Below are positions 1-10,676 of a stretch of DNA of 64,000 bases, piece by piece (position 1 is the stretch's first letter; every line of letters starts with the position of its first letter). The DNA is from Escherichia coli (GTDB taxonomy: Bacteria > Pseudomonadota > Gammaproteobacteria > Enterobacterales > Enterobacteriaceae). Under the pieces are notes generated by a model. The model made no database searches, was not told the DNA's origin, and worked only from the letters and a program-made list of their open reading frames with translations. The DNA is taken from NCBI RefSeq assembly GCF_022846255.1, contig NZ_AP025682.1, one strand, 5' to 3'. A program made the position numbers and the translations under genes.

Positions 1-1
1 A

Positions 2-550
2 ATGCAATACAACCATGACGAAACGAAAGCCAAAGCCGAATGGGATAAAGTGACGAGCAAACCCACCAGCCTGACGTTTCTCTATTCTGATAATGATCCG
101 AACTGGGAACCGATCGCTCTGGCGACACAATCCAGTCTCAACAAGCTGGGCATCAATGTGAAGCTGGAAAAGCTGGCGAACGCCACCATGCGCGACAGAG
201 TGGGTAAAGGTGATTACGACATCGCGATTGGCAACTGGAGTCCGGATTTTGCCGACCCGTATATGTTTATGAATTACTGGTTTGAGTCAGACAAAAAAGG
301 TCTGCCGGGTAACCGCTCGTTCTATGAAAACAGTGAGGTCGATAAGCTACTGCGCAATGCGCTAGCGACCACCGACCAGACGCAGCGTACCCGGGACTAC
401 CAGCAGGCACAGAAAATCGTCATTGATGACGCTGCTTATGTGTACCTGTTCCAGAAAAACTACCAACTGGCGATGAACAAAGAGGTGAAAGGCTTTGTGT
501 TCAATCCCATGCTGGAACAGGTCTTCAATATCAATACCATGAGTAAATAA
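2..550 (+). CDS. ddpA: D,D-dipeptide ABC transporter periplasmic binding protein, C-terminal 182 aa (5' end outside window)
   Basis: ORF runs off the window start; family-5 SBP C-terminal sequence; followed by ddpBCDF in operon order. Confidence 0.85.
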   Translation: MQYNHDETKAKAEWDKVTSKPTSLTFLYSDNDPNWEPIALATQSSLNKLGINVKLEKLANATMRDRVGKGDYDIAIGNWSPDFADPYMFMNYWFESDKKGLPGNRSFYENSEVDKLLRNALATTDQTQRTRDYQQAQKIVIDDAAYVYLFQKNYQLAMNKEVKGFVFNPMLEQVFNINTMSK

Positions 551-551
551 C

Positions 552-1574
552 GTGACCTTCTGGAGTATTTTACGCCAACGCTGCTGGGGGCTGGTGCTCG
601 TGGTGGCGGGCGTCTGTGTGATAACGTTTATTATCTCGCACCTGATCCCCGGCGATCCGGCGCGGTTACTGGCGGGTGACCGCGCCAGCGATGCTATCGT
701 GGATAATATTCGCCAGCAACTGGGACTGGACCAGCCACTGTACGTACAGTTTTACCGCTACGTCAGCGACCTGTTTCAGGGTGACCTAGGAACATCCATT
801 CGTACCGGGCGTCCGGTGCTGGAAGAGTTGCGCATATTTTTCCCGGCGACGCTGGAACTGGCTTTTTGTGCCCTGCTGCTGGCACTCCTGATTGGCATCC
901 CGCTGGGCATACTCTCTGCAGTCTGGCGAAATCGCTGGCTGGATCATCTGGTGCGAATAATGGCCATTACCGGAATCTCCACACCTGCGTTCTGGCTTGG
1001 GCTGGGCGTCATTGTGCTGTTTTATGGTCATCTGCAAATTCTTCCCGGCGGCGGAAGGCTTGATGACTGGCTGGATCCACCAACGCACGTTACCGGCTTT
1101 TATCTGCTCGATGCGCTGCTTGAAGGTAACGGTGAAGTCTTCTTCAATGCGCTGCAACATCTCATCTTACCGGCATTAACGCTGGCGTTCGTTCACCTGG
1201 GAATTGTCGCTCGCCAGATCCGCTCAGCTATGCTGGAACAATTGAGTGAAGATTACATTCGTACCGCCCGGGCCAGCGGCTTGCCCGGCTGGTATATCGT
1301 TTTATGTTATGCGCTACCCAATGCGTTGATCCCCTCGATTACCGTATTGGGTCTGGCGCTGGGCGATTTGTTGTATGGCGCAGTGCTCACCGAAACCGTT
1401 TTTGCCTGGCCCGGAATGGGTGCATGGGTAGTAACATCAATACAGGCGCTCGACTTCCCGGCAGTGATGGGCTTTGCCGTCGTGGTTTCGTTTGCTTATG
1501 TGCTGGTGAACCTGGTGGTGGATTTGCTCTATTTGTGGATTGATCCGCGTATCGAACGTGGAGGTGGTGAATGA
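552..1574 (+). CDS. ddpB: D,D-dipeptide ABC transporter permease
   Basis: 340-aa polytopic membrane ORF with GTG start 1 nt after the ddpA stop; DppB-like permease. Confidence 0.9.
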   Translation: MTFWSILRQRCWGLVLVVAGVCVITFIISHLIPGDPARLLAGDRASDAIVDNIRQQLGLDQPLYVQFYRYVSDLFQGDLGTSIRTGRPVLEELRIFFPATLELAFCALLLALLIGIPLGILSAVWRNRWLDHLVRIMAITGISTPAFWLGLGVIVLFYGHLQILPGGGRLDDWLDPPTHVTGFYLLDALLEGNGEVFFNALQHLILPALTLAFVHLGIVARQIRSAMLEQLSEDYIRTARASGLPGWYIVLCYALPNALIPSITVLGLALGDLLYGAVLTETVFAWPGMGAWVVTSIQALDFPAVMGFAVVVSFAYVLVNLVVDLLYLWIDPRIERGGGE

Positions 1575-2467
1575 TGCTAAGCGAGGAAACGTCAGCCGTG
1601 CGCCCACCAAAACAAACGCGATTTAACGGTGCAAAACTGGTATGGATGCTGAAAGGCAGCCCGCTTACCGTGACCGGCGCAGTCATCATTGTATTAATGC
1701 TACTGATGATGATTTTTTCACCGTGGCTGGCGACGCATGATCCCAACGCCATTGATTTAACCGCCCGCCTTTTGCCGCCTTCTGCGGCGCACTGGTTTGG
1801 CACCGATGAAGTGGGACGCGATCTGTTTAGCCGCGTACTGGTCGGCAGTCAGCAATCAATTCTCGCCGGATTAGTGGTGGTCGCCATTGCAGGTATGATG
1901 GGGTCGCTACTCGGGTGTCTATCCGGTGTGCTTGGCGGACGCGCAGACGCGATTATCATGCGCATCATGGACATTATGCTGTCGATTCCTTCGCTGGTGC
2001 TGACAATGGCACTGGCAGCCGCTCTCGGGCCGAGTTTGTTTAACGCCATGCTGGCGATTGCTATTGTGCGAATTCCCTTTTATGTGCGCCTGGCGCGGGG
2101 GCAAACATTAGTTGTCCGCCAGTACACTTACGTTCAGGCGGCGAAAACCTTTGGTGCGTCGCGTTGGCATCTGATCAACTGGCATATTTTACGTAACTCC
2201 CTGCCGCCGCTGATTGTGCAGGCATCGCTGGATATCGGTAGCGCGATTTTAATGGCCGCCACGTTGGGATTTATTGGCCTTGGTGCTCAACAACCGAGTG
2301 CTGAATGGGGGGCGATGGTGGCGAATGGTCGCAACTATGTGCTCGATCAATGGTGGTATTGCGCATTTCCGGGGGCAGCGATTTTGCTTACCGCCGTCGG
2401 GTTTAATCTCTTTGGCGATGGTATTCGCGATCTGCTTGACCCGAAAGCAGGAGGAAAGCAGTCATGA
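1571..2467 (+). CDS. ddpC: D,D-dipeptide ABC transporter permease
   Basis: 298-aa membrane ORF overlapping ddpB stop by 4 nt; DppC-like. Confidence 0.9.
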   Translation: MMLSEETSAVRPPKQTRFNGAKLVWMLKGSPLTVTGAVIIVLMLLMMIFSPWLATHDPNAIDLTARLLPPSAAHWFGTDEVGRDLFSRVLVGSQQSILAGLVVVAIAGMMGSLLGCLSGVLGGRADAIIMRIMDIMLSIPSLVLTMALAAALGPSLFNAMLAIAIVRIPFYVRLARGQTLVVRQYTYVQAAKTFGASRWHLINWHILRNSLPPLIVQASLDIGSAILMAATLGFIGLGAQQPSAEWGAMVANGRNYVLDQWWYCAFPGAAILLTAVGFNLFGDGIRDLLDPKAGGKQS

Positions 2468-3450
2468 CCCAACCCGTTCTGGACATTCAACAGCTGCATT
2501 TGAGTTTCCCCGGTTTTAACGGCGACGTTCACGCGCTCAACAATGTGTCATTGAAAATCAACCGCGGTGAAATTGTCGGTCTGGTGGGAGAATCCGGCTC
2601 GGGTAAATCAGTCACTGCAATGTTGATTATGCGTCTGTTACCGACGGGCAGTTATTGCGTACATCGGGGGCAGATTTCACTGCTGGGAGAAGATGCTCTT
2701 AACGCTCGGGAAAAGCAGCTTCGTCAGTGGCGCGGCGCACGAGTGGCGATGATCTTTCAGGAACCGATGACCGCCCTTAATCCGACACGTCGAATAGGTC
2801 TTCAGATGATGGACGTGATCCGCCATCATCAACCAATAAGTCGTCGGGAAGCCAGAGCTAAAGCGATTGCCCTGCTGGAAGAGATGCAAATCCCGGATGC
2901 CGTGGAAGTTATGTCGCGCTATCCGTTTGAGCTTTCAGGTGGTATGCGCCAGCGGGTAATGATTGCGCTGGCATTCTCCTGCGAGCCGCAATTGATTATT
3001 GCCGACGAACCGACTACGGCGCTGGACGTCACGGTACAGTTGCAGGTACTGCGTCTGCTTAAACATAAAGCCCGCGCCAGTGGAACTGCGGTACTGTTCA
3101 TCAGCCATGATATGGCCGTGGTGTCGCAACTGTGCGATAGCGTTTACGTGATGTATGCCGGAAGCGTGATTGAAAGCGGCGTGACGGCAGACGTTATCCA
3201 TCATCCCCGGCATCCGTATACCATTGGTTTGCTGCAATGCGCACCGGAACATGGAATACCGCGCCAGCCATTACTCGCTATTCCGGGGACGGTACCAAAC
3301 CTCACCCATTTGCCTGACGGCTGCGCTTTTCGCGATCGTTGCTATGCGGCAGGTGCACAGTGTGAAAACGTCCCGGTGCTAACAGCGTATGGTGACAACA
3401 ACCACCGCTGCGCCTGTTGGTATCCGCAGCAGGAGGTCATTAGTGTCTGA
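2464..3450 (+). CDS. ddpD: D,D-dipeptide ABC transporter ATP-binding protein
   Basis: 328 aa with Walker A GESGSGKS and ABC signature LSGGMRQR; 4-nt overlap with ddpC. Confidence 0.9.
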   Translation: MTQPVLDIQQLHLSFPGFNGDVHALNNVSLKINRGEIVGLVGESGSGKSVTAMLIMRLLPTGSYCVHRGQISLLGEDALNAREKQLRQWRGARVAMIFQEPMTALNPTRRIGLQMMDVIRHHQPISRREARAKAIALLEEMQIPDAVEVMSRYPFELSGGMRQRVMIALAFSCEPQLIIADEPTTALDVTVQLQVLRLLKHKARASGTAVLFISHDMAVVSQLCDSVYVMYAGSVIESGVTADVIHHPRHPYTIGLLQCAPEHGIPRQPLLAIPGTVPNLTHLPDGCAFRDRCYAAGAQCENVPVLTAYGDNNHRCACWYPQQEVISV

Positions 3451-4369
3451 TACATTATTAACGTTACGCGACGTCCATATCAATTTCCCTGCCCGAAAAA
3501 ACTGGCTTGGTAAAACTACGGAACATGTTCATGCCATCAATGGTATTGATTTACAGATCCGTCGTGGTGAAACCTTAGGGATCGTCGGTGAGTCAGGCTG
3601 CGGCAAAAGCACCCTCGCACAGCTTTTAATGGGTATGCTGCAACCGAGCCACGGGCAGTACATCCGTTCAGGATCACAACGCATTATGCAGATGGTGTTT
3701 CAGGACCCGCTCTCTTCGCTTAATCCGCGCTTACCGGTGTGGCGCATCATCACGGAACCGCTCTGGATTGCTAAGCGTAGTAGTGAACAACAGCGGCGAG
3801 CGTTGGCAGAGGAGCTGGCTGTGCAGGTGGGTATTCGTCCGGAGTATCTCGACCGCTTGCCTCATGCGTTTTCCGGCGGGCAGCGGCAACGTATCGCCAT
3901 TGCCAGAGCACTCTCTTCGCAGCCTGACGTGATTGTGCTTGATGAACCAACCTCGGCGCTGGATATCTCCGTGCAGGCGCAGATCCTCAATTTACTGGTA
4001 ACGCTACAGGAAAATCGCGAGCTGACTTATGTGCTGATTTCACACAATGTCTCCGTGATACGTCATATGAGCGATCGGGTGGCGGTGATGTATCTCGGAC
4101 AGATTGTGGAACTAGGAGACGCGCAACAGGTGCTGACAGCTCCGGCACATCCATACACCCGATTATTGCTGGATTCCCTCCCCGCCATTGATAAACCGCT
4201 GGAGGAAGAATGGGCATTACGTAAAACGGATCTGCCGGGAAACCGCACGTTTCCGCAAGGCTGTTTTTTCTACGAACGTTGCCCTCTGGCAACCCACGGA
4301 TGTGAAGTCCGACAATCATTAGCAATAAGGGAGGACGGACGTGAGCTCCGGTGCTGGCGGGCGCTGTAG
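3443..4369 (+). CDS. ddpF: D,D-dipeptide ABC transporter ATP-binding protein
   Basis: ORF track extends to 3389, but the conserved protein begins VSDTLLTLRD at a GTG preceded by aggagg and overlapping the ddpD stop; Walker A GESGCGKS and signature FSGGQRQR. Confidence 0.85.
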   Translation: MSDTLLTLRDVHINFPARKNWLGKTTEHVHAINGIDLQIRRGETLGIVGESGCGKSTLAQLLMGMLQPSHGQYIRSGSQRIMQMVFQDPLSSLNPRLPVWRIITEPLWIAKRSSEQQRRALAEELAVQVGIRPEYLDRLPHAFSGGQRQRIAIARALSSQPDVIVLDEPTSALDISVQAQILNLLVTLQENRELTYVLISHNVSVIRHMSDRVAVMYLGQIVELGDAQQVLTAPAHPYTRLLLDSLPAIDKPLEEEWALRKTDLPGNRTFPQGCFFYERCPLATHGCEVRQSLAIREDGRELRCWRAL

Positions 4370-4424
4370 AGATGCTAACAACGCATCAGGCATTCACGCG
4401 CCTGACGCGTCATCCGGCAATGCT

Positions 4425-4856
4425 TTACGATTTCAACTGGTAATCCAGCGTAATTTCCGCTTTCAGTACCTGAGAGACCGGGCATCCTGCTTTTGCTTTC
4501 TGGATAATGCCGTCAAAAGTAGAGGCATCAATACCCGGCACCGCAACTTCGCTCTTCAGTGCGATTTTAGTAATCGCAAAACCGGCATCCACTTTATCCA
4601 GCGAGACATCGGCGGTGGTATCAATCGATGTTGGCGTGAATCCCGCTTCCCCCAGCATTAATGAAAGCGCCATTGAGAAACATGCGGCATGCGCTGCGCC
4701 AATCAGTTCTTCAGGGTTGGTTCCTTTTTCGCCTTCAAAACGCGTGTTAAATCCATACGGCTGTTGGTTCAGCACGCCGCTCTCAGTAGATACTGTTCCC
4801 TTCCCGCGTTTGATATCGCCTTCCCAGTGTGCCTGACCTTTCTTATGGATTGTCAT
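4425..4856 (-). CDS. osmC: osmotically inducible peroxiredoxin OsmC
   Basis: 143-aa ORF matching remembered OsmC sequence (MTIHKKGQAHWEGD...). Confidence 0.95.
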   Translation of the reverse strand: MTIHKKGQAHWEGDIKRGKGTVSTESGVLNQQPYGFNTRFEGEKGTNPEELIGAAHAACFSMALSLMLGEAGFTPTSIDTTADVSLDKVDAGFAITKIALKSEVAVPGIDASTFDGIIQKAKAGCPVSQVLKAEITLDYQLKS

Positions 4857-5200
4857 TGTTGCTCTCCTGTGGGCTTAAAAAGGAAATTATAGACTACGTG
4901 AGAAACAGCACGAGGATAAGCAGGATAATCCGAATAAAATCCGGCGAAAATATAATTCCTGCACTTAAATTAAATTTCCACAATAGATAACCGGAAATAT
5001 ATAACTCAAGAGATATTGCATCAATATCAATCAACTCATCACAATAATAATACCTATCAATATCATGGAGTTAAAATATAAAAATCATCAACCAGGACTA
5101 ATCTTAACAACGAAGCGGCAAATATTTGCCATGCTGAATGTGCTTTATAAATCTGCGATCCGTAGCAGACACCATAAATACACAGACACGGAGAATCACT

Positions 5201-5416
5201 ATGTTTACTTATTATCAGGCAGAAAATTCAACAGCAGAACCCGCTCTGGTTAATGCCATTGAGCAAGGCCTTCGGGCAGAGCACGGTGTTGTCACTGAAG
5301 ATGACATTCTCATGGAGCTGACCAAATGGGTGGAAGCATCTGATAACGACATCCTCAGTGATATCTACCAGCAAACGATCAATTATGTGGTCAGTGGTCA
5401 GCACCCTACGCTTTAA
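5201..5416 (+). CDS. bdm: biofilm-dependent modulation protein
   Basis: 71-aa product MFTYYQAENSTAEP... starting at an internal ATG of the 92-aa track ORF. Confidence 0.85.
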   Translation: MFTYYQAENSTAEPALVNAIEQGLRAEHGVVTEDDILMELTKWVEASDNDILSDIYQQTINYVVSGQHPTL

Positions 5417-5517
5417 GGTGCTATGCTTGATCGGCAACCTAATTTAGGGGTTTAGCACGTGTTTCTTCGCTACGGCGATGTTGTCCTTAAAACTAGCAAC
5501 AGGATTGAGGAGTTAAA

Positions 5518-5655
5518 ATGAAATCGAACCGTCAGGCACGTCATATTCTTGGACTGGACCATAAAATTTCTAACCAGCGCAAAATAGTTACCGAAGGTGA
5601 CAAATCCAGCGTGGTAAATAATCCCACCGGCAGAAAACGCCCCGCTGAAAAGTAA
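5518..5655 (+). CDS. sra: stationary-phase-induced ribosome-associated protein (45 aa)
   Basis: Hand-translated small [48 protein letters not shown], below the 60-aa track cutoff; RBS ggag upstream; terminator hairpin downstream. Confidence 0.85.
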
Positions 5656-5685
5656 TTCATAACCATCAGTCCTCAATGACGATTA

Positions 5686-5720
5686 AACACCATTGCCTGC
5701 GCAATGGTGTTTTTGTTTTT
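5686..5720 (+). terminator. Rho-independent terminator after sra
   Basis: Inverted repeat aacaccattgc / gcaatggtgtt followed by a T-run. Confidence 0.6.
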
Positions 5721-5811
5721 ATCTGCTTTATACTTGGTACTTGACGCCCTGGCGGTAATGCAAAGACGATAAAAGCCCCCAGGGATGGATATTCAAAAAA
5801 GAGTGAGTGAC

Positions 5812-7509
5812 ATGGAACCAAAAACAAAAAAACAGCGTTCGCTTTATATCCCTTACGCTGGCCCTGTATTGCTGGAATTTCCGTTGTTGAATAAAGGCAG
5901 CGCCTTCAGCATGGAAGAACGCCGTAACTTCAACCTGCTGGGGTTACTGCCGGAAGTGGTCGAAACCATCGAAGAACAAGCGGAACGAGCATGGATCCAG
6001 TATCAGGGATTCAAAACCGAAATCGACAAACACATCTACCTGCGTAACATCCAGGACACTAACGAAACCCTCTTCTACCGTCTGGTAAACAATCATCTTG
6101 ATGAGATGATGCCAGTCATTTACACCCCAACCGTCGGCGCAGCCTGTGAGCGTTTTTCTGAGATCTACCGCCGTTCACGCGGTGTGTTTATCTCTTACCA
6201 GAACCGCCACAATATGGACGATATTCTGCAAAACGTACCAAACCATAATATCAAAGTGATTGTGGTGACTGACGGCGAACGTATTCTGGGGCTTGGTGAC
6301 CAGGGCATCGGCGGGATGGGCATTCCGATCGGTAAACTGTCGCTCTATACCGCCTGTGGCGGCATCAGTCCGGCCTATACCCTTCCGGTGGTGCTGGATG
6401 TCGGCACCAACAACCAACAGCTGCTTAACGATCCGCTGTATATGGGCTGGCGTAATCCGCGTATCACTGACGACGAATACTATGAATTCGTTGATGAATT
6501 TATCCAGGCTGTGAAACAACGCTGGCCGGACGTACTGTTGCAGTTTGAAGACTTCGCACAAAAAAATGCGATGCCGTTACTTAACCGCTATCGCAATGAA
6601 ATTTGTTCTTTTAACGATGACATTCAGGGCACCGCGGCGGTAACAGTCGGCACACTGATCGCAGCCAGCCGCGCGGCAGGCGGTCAGTTAAGCGAGAAAA
6701 AAATCGTCTTCCTTGGCGCAGGTTCAGCGGGATGCGGCATTGCCGAAATGATCATCGCCCAGACCCAGCGCGAAGGATTAAGCGAGGAAGCGGCGCGGCA
6801 GAAAGTCTTTATGGTCGATCGCTTTGGCCTGCTGACCGACAAGATGCCGAACCTGCTGCCTTTCCAGACCAAACTGGTGCAGAAGCGCGAAAACCTCATC
6901 GACTGGGATACCGACAGCGATGTGCTGTCACTGCTGGATGTGGTGCGCAATGTAAAACCAGATATTCTGATTGGCGTCTCAGGACAGACCGGACTGTTTA
7001 CGGAAGAGATCATCCGTGAGATGCATAAACACTGTCCGCGTCCGATCGTGATGCCGCTGTCTAACCCGACGTCACGCGTGGAAGCCACACCGCAGGACAT
7101 TATCGCCTGGACCGAAGGTAACGCGCTGGTCGCCACTGGCAGTCCATTTAATCCAGTGGTATGGAAAGATAAAATCTACCCTATCGCCCAGTGTAATAAC
7201 GCCTTTATTTTCCCGGGCATCGGGCTGGGTGTTATTGCTTCCGGCGCGTCACGTATCACCGATGAAATGCTGATGTCGGCAAGTGAAACGCTTGCTCAGT
7301 ATTCGCCGCTGGTCCTGAACGGCGAAGGTCTGGTACTGCCGGAACTGAAAGATATTCAGAAAGTATCCCGCGCAATTGCGTTTGCGGTTGGCAAAATGGC
7401 GCAGCAGCAAGGCGTGGCGGTGAAAACCTCCGCCGAAGCTCTGCAACAGGCCATTGATGATAATTTCTGGCAAGCCGAATACCGCGACTACCGCCGTACC
7501 TCCATCTAA
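5812..7509 (+). CDS. maeA: NAD-dependent malic enzyme
   Basis: 565-aa product beginning [23 protein letters not shown]; the track ORF start at 5785 is an upstream extension. Confidence 0.95.
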   Translation: MEPKTKKQRSLYIPYAGPVLLEFPLLNKGSAFSMEERRNFNLLGLLPEVVETIEEQAERAWIQYQGFKTEIDKHIYLRNIQDTNETLFYRLVNNHLDEMMPVIYTPTVGAACERFSEIYRRSRGVFISYQNRHNMDDILQNVPNHNIKVIVVTDGERILGLGDQGIGGMGIPIGKLSLYTACGGISPAYTLPVVLDVGTNNQQLLNDPLYMGWRNPRITDDEYYEFVDEFIQAVKQRWPDVLLQFEDFAQKNAMPLLNRYRNEICSFNDDIQGTAAVTVGTLIAASRAAGGQLSEKKIVFLGAGSAGCGIAEMIIAQTQREGLSEEAARQKVFMVDRFGLLTDKMPNLLPFQTKLVQKRENLIDWDTDSDVLSLLDVVRNVKPDILIGVSGQTGLFTEEIIREMHKHCPRPIVMPLSNPTSRVEATPQDIIAWTEGNALVATGSPFNPVVWKDKIYPIAQCNNAFIFPGIGLGVIASGASRITDEMLMSASETLAQYSPLVLNGEGLVLPELKDIQKVSRAIAFAVGKMAQQQGVAVKTSAEALQQAIDDNFWQAEYRDYRRTSI

Positions 7510-7642
7510 GCCTGCGCCCGGTAGTGAAGGCTACCGGGCAATTTCCCTCTCCCTTTTTCAGATCTCATCCATACTGGGTAGTGGCGAATAAATCTCATTT
7601 GCCTCACCTGCTATGCAGAACATCATCCGAAAAGGAGGAACT

Positions 7643-8653
7643 ATGAAGGCTGCAGTTGTTACGAAGGATCATCATGTTGACGTTACGGATAAAACACTGC
7701 GCTCACTGAAACATGGCGAAGCCCTGCTGAAAATGGAGTGTTGTGGTGTATGTCATACCGATCTTCATGTTAAGAATGGCGATTTTGGTGACAAAACCGG
7801 CGTGATTCTGGGACACGAAGGTATTGGTGTGGTGGCAGAAGTTGGCCCTGGTGTTACTTCATTAAAACCAGGCGATCGTGCCAGCGTGGCGTGGTTCTAT
7901 GAAGGATGCGGTCATTGCGAATACTGTAACAGTGGTAACGAAACGCTCTGCCGTTCAGTTAAAAATGCCGGATACAGCGTTGATGGCGGGATGGCGGAAG
8001 AGTGCATCGTGGTCGCCGATTACGCGGTAAAAGTGCCAGATGGTCTGGACTCGGCGGCGGCCAGCAGCATTACCTGTGCGGGGGTCACTACCTACAAAGC
8101 CGTTAAGCTGTCAAAAATTCGTCCAGGACAGTGGATTGCTATCTACGGTCTTGGCGGTCTGGGTAACCTCGCCCTGCAATACGCGAAGAATGTCTTTAAC
8201 GCCAAAGTGATCGCCATTGATGTCAATGATGAACAGTTAAAACTGGCAACCGAAATGGGTGCAGATTTAGCGATTAACTCACGCACCGAAGACGCCGCCA
8301 GAATTGTGCAGGAGAAAGCCGGTGGCGCTCACGCAGCGGTGGTGACAGCGGTAGCTAAAGCTGCGTTTAACTCGGCGGTGGATGCTGTCCGTGCAGGTGG
8401 TCGTGTCGTGGCTGTCGGTCTGCCGCCGGAGTCTATGAGCCTGGACATCCCACGGCTGGTGCTGGATGGTATTGAAGTGGTCGGTTCGCTGGTCGGCACG
8501 CGTCAGGATCTCACCGAAGCCTTCCAGTTTGCCGCCGAAGGCAAAGTGGTGCCGAAAGTCGCCCTGCGTCCGTTAGCGGACATCAACACCATCTTTACCG
8601 AGATGGAAGAAGGCAAAATCCGTGGCCGTATGGTGATTGATTTCCGTCGCTAA
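7643..8653 (+). CDS. adhP: zinc-dependent alcohol dehydrogenase (propanol-preferring)
   Basis: 336-aa product [11 protein letters not shown]... with GHEGIGVV zinc-ADH motif. Confidence 0.95.
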   Translation: MKAAVVTKDHHVDVTDKTLRSLKHGEALLKMECCGVCHTDLHVKNGDFGDKTGVILGHEGIGVVAEVGPGVTSLKPGDRASVAWFYEGCGHCEYCNSGNETLCRSVKNAGYSVDGGMAEECIVVADYAVKVPDGLDSAAASSITCAGVTTYKAVKLSKIRPGQWIAIYGLGGLGNLALQYAKNVFNAKVIAIDVNDEQLKLATEMGADLAINSRTEDAARIVQEKAGGAHAAVVTAVAKAAFNSAVDAVRAGGRVVAVGLPPESMSLDIPRLVLDGIEVVGSLVGTRQDLTEAFQFAAEGKVVPKVALRPLADINTIFTEMEEGKIRGRMVIDFRR

Positions 8654-8798
8654 GAGGTCTTTGCTGCGACTGCCATGTTCGGGTCGCAGCATCGCACACT
8701 CTCCAACATGAAATGGCTAAATGGATTATTGTTGCGTAGGAAGGAACAATAATGATAGTGTTCCTGGTGAAGGAACGCTACTGAGAGTAAAGACACTG

Positions 8799-9083
8799 AT
8801 GAAAATGGCCAATCCTCCCCGCCCGGGAGACATTATTCAGGAATCACTGGACGAACTTAATGTCAGCCTGCGCGAGTTTGCCAGAGCAATGGAAATTGCT
8901 CCCTCAACGGCAAGCCGATTGCTGACCGGAAAAGCAGCTTTGACGCCAGAAATGGCAATTAAACTTTCCGTGGTGATCGGCAGTTCGCCGCAAATGTGGC
9001 TGAATCTGCAAAACGCCTGGAGCCTGGCAGAGGCTGAAAAAACGGTGGATGTGTCGCGACTGCGCCGTCTGGTTACGCAATAA
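8799..9083 (+). CDS. yddM: HTH (XRE-type) antitoxin-like DNA-binding protein, HigA-like
   Basis: About 94-aa product [45 protein letters not shown]... with a helix-turn-helix; exact start uncertain (track ORF begins at 8721). Confidence 0.8.
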   Translation: MKMANPPRPGDIIQESLDELNVSLREFARAMEIAPSTASRLLTGKAALTPEMAIKLSVVIGSSPQMWLNLQNAWSLAEAEKTVDVSRLRRLVTQ

Positions 9084-9084
9084 A

Positions 9085-9112
9085 AAAATGGCGCTTCTTA
9101 AAGCGCCATTTT
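9085..9112. terminator. bidirectional Rho-independent terminator between convergent yddM and fdnI
   Basis: 12-bp perfect inverted repeat aaaatggcgctt / aagcgccatttt flanked by an A-run and a T-run. Confidence 0.6.
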
Positions 9113-9133
9113 CAGCTTAAAGTTCAAAAGAGA

Positions 9134-9787
9134 TTATATCCCTTCTTCACTCTCTTTTTTCGCTTCTGCCTTCTCGATTTCACGATACCAGCGCGGATGG
9201 TGTTTCTTCGCCCAGCGACGGCTCACCTTCCCTTCGATCATCCCTTTAATCGATCCTTTCACCCAGAATGCCATATACATATGGATCAGGATGGCGTGGA
9301 TCAGGATGATACCCGCAGCCGCGTGAATCAGCAGGCTATAACGGACAACCTGTATCGGGAAGTACTGCGCAAAGTACGGACGCCAGATAATCACCCCGGT
9401 CACCAGCAGCACGAAAATCATGCTCATGATCGACCAGAACATCATCTTTTGCCCGGCGTTGTACTTACCGACATCCGCCACTTTATGCTCATTGCCTTTC
9501 AATACTTCGACAATGTTCAACAGCCACGGAATATCTTTCTTATCCGGGATGTTGTGATGCACAAAACGCACAAACATAAACATCAGTGCGACGAAAATCG
9601 CAATGCCGAAGAACGGGTGCAAAATGCGTCCCATCTGCGGCGTACCGAAGGTTTGCGTCAGCCATTGCAGCGTCGGGAAGAAGAACGAAATCCCGGACAG
9701 CGCCACCAGGAAGAAGCAAATCACCACGGTCCAGTGACAGGCGCGATCAATAAACTTGGTGCGCACAATCATTTTCGACTTACTCAT
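9134..9787 (-). CDS. fdnI: formate dehydrogenase-N cytochrome b556 (gamma) subunit
   Basis: 217-aa membrane protein beginning [19 protein letters not shown]; 8-nt overlap with fdnH. Confidence 0.95.
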   Translation of the reverse strand: MSKSKMIVRTKFIDRACHWTVVICFFLVALSGISFFFPTLQWLTQTFGTPQMGRILHPFFGIAIFVALMFMFVRFVHHNIPDKKDIPWLLNIVEVLKGNEHKVADVGKYNAGQKMMFWSIMSMIFVLLVTGVIIWRPYFAQYFPIQVVRYSLLIHAAAGIILIHAILIHMYMAFWVKGSIKGMIEGKVSRRWAKKHHPRWYREIEKAEAKKESEEGI

Positions 9788-10664
9788 GATGCTCCTCCTC
9801 GTCATCGTCCACTTCCTTATTCGGGCCAATACCGATGTAGTGGAAAATCAACCCGGCAAAAGTGGCGATAAAGCCAGCCGCTGCCAGCGGTTTCAACGCG
9901 CCTTTCCACAAGTTCACCGATGTGTCGATCTTCGGATCTTTCGGCAGACCGTGATACAGCTCCGGCTGATCGGCGTGATGCAACACGTACATGACGTGCG
10001 TACCACCGACCCCTTCCGGGTTGTAGACGCCAGCATGTTCGTAACCACGCGCTTTCAGTTTCGCCACGCGCTGTTCCGCCAGCTCCATCATCTCCTTCTT
10101 GGTGCCGAAGTGGATAGCCCCGGTCGGACAGGTTTTCACACAAGCCGGTTCCTGGCCGACGCTGACGCGATCGACGCAGAGCGTGCATTTATATACCCGG
10201 TTATCCTCTTTGTTGAGGCGCGGAATATTAAACGGACACCCGGCAATGCAGTAACCACAGCCGATGCAGTTTTCCGACTGGAAATCGACAATCCCGTTAG
10301 CGTACTGAATGATTGCACCAGCAGACGGGCACGCCTTCAGGCAGCCCGGATCTTCACAGTGCATACAGCCGTCTTTACGGATCAGCCACTCCAGCTTGCC
10401 GTTCTGTTCGGTTTCGCTAAAGCGCATCACCGTCCAGGACTTGGCGCTCAGATCGGCGGGGTTATCGTAAACCCCGACGCAGTGCCCCACTTCATCACGG
10501 ATGTCGTTCCACTCCGAACACGCCACCTGACAGGCTTTACAGCCGATACAGGTGGAAACGTCGATAAGTTTTGCGACTTCTGCTTTGTAATCACGCACCT
10601 GAGAAGGCGGCGTGATGGAGTTAGTTGCGGACCTTTTGATAATGTCCTGCGTTTCCATAGCCAT
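9780..10664 (-). CDS. fdnH: formate dehydrogenase-N iron-sulfur (beta) subunit
   Basis: 294 aa with multiple CxxCxxCxxxC ferredoxin motifs and a C-terminal TM helix. Confidence 0.95.
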   Translation of the reverse strand: MAMETQDIIKRSATNSITPPSQVRDYKAEVAKLIDVSTCIGCKACQVACSEWNDIRDEVGHCVGVYDNPADLSAKSWTVMRFSETEQNGKLEWLIRKDGCMHCEDPGCLKACPSAGAIIQYANGIVDFQSENCIGCGYCIAGCPFNIPRLNKEDNRVYKCTLCVDRVSVGQEPACVKTCPTGAIHFGTKKEMMELAEQRVAKLKARGYEHAGVYNPEGVGGTHVMYVLHHADQPELYHGLPKDPKIDTSVNLWKGALKPLAAAGFIATFAGLIFHYIGIGPNKEVDDDEEEHHE

Positions 10665-10676
10665 CTGTTCGCCCCC

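Noticed and set aside
8663-8690. Inverted repeat gctgcgac...gtcgcagc after adhP as a terminator
   Set aside because: The stem is present but there is no following T-run, so an intrinsic terminator call is not supported; could still be a stabilising hairpin.
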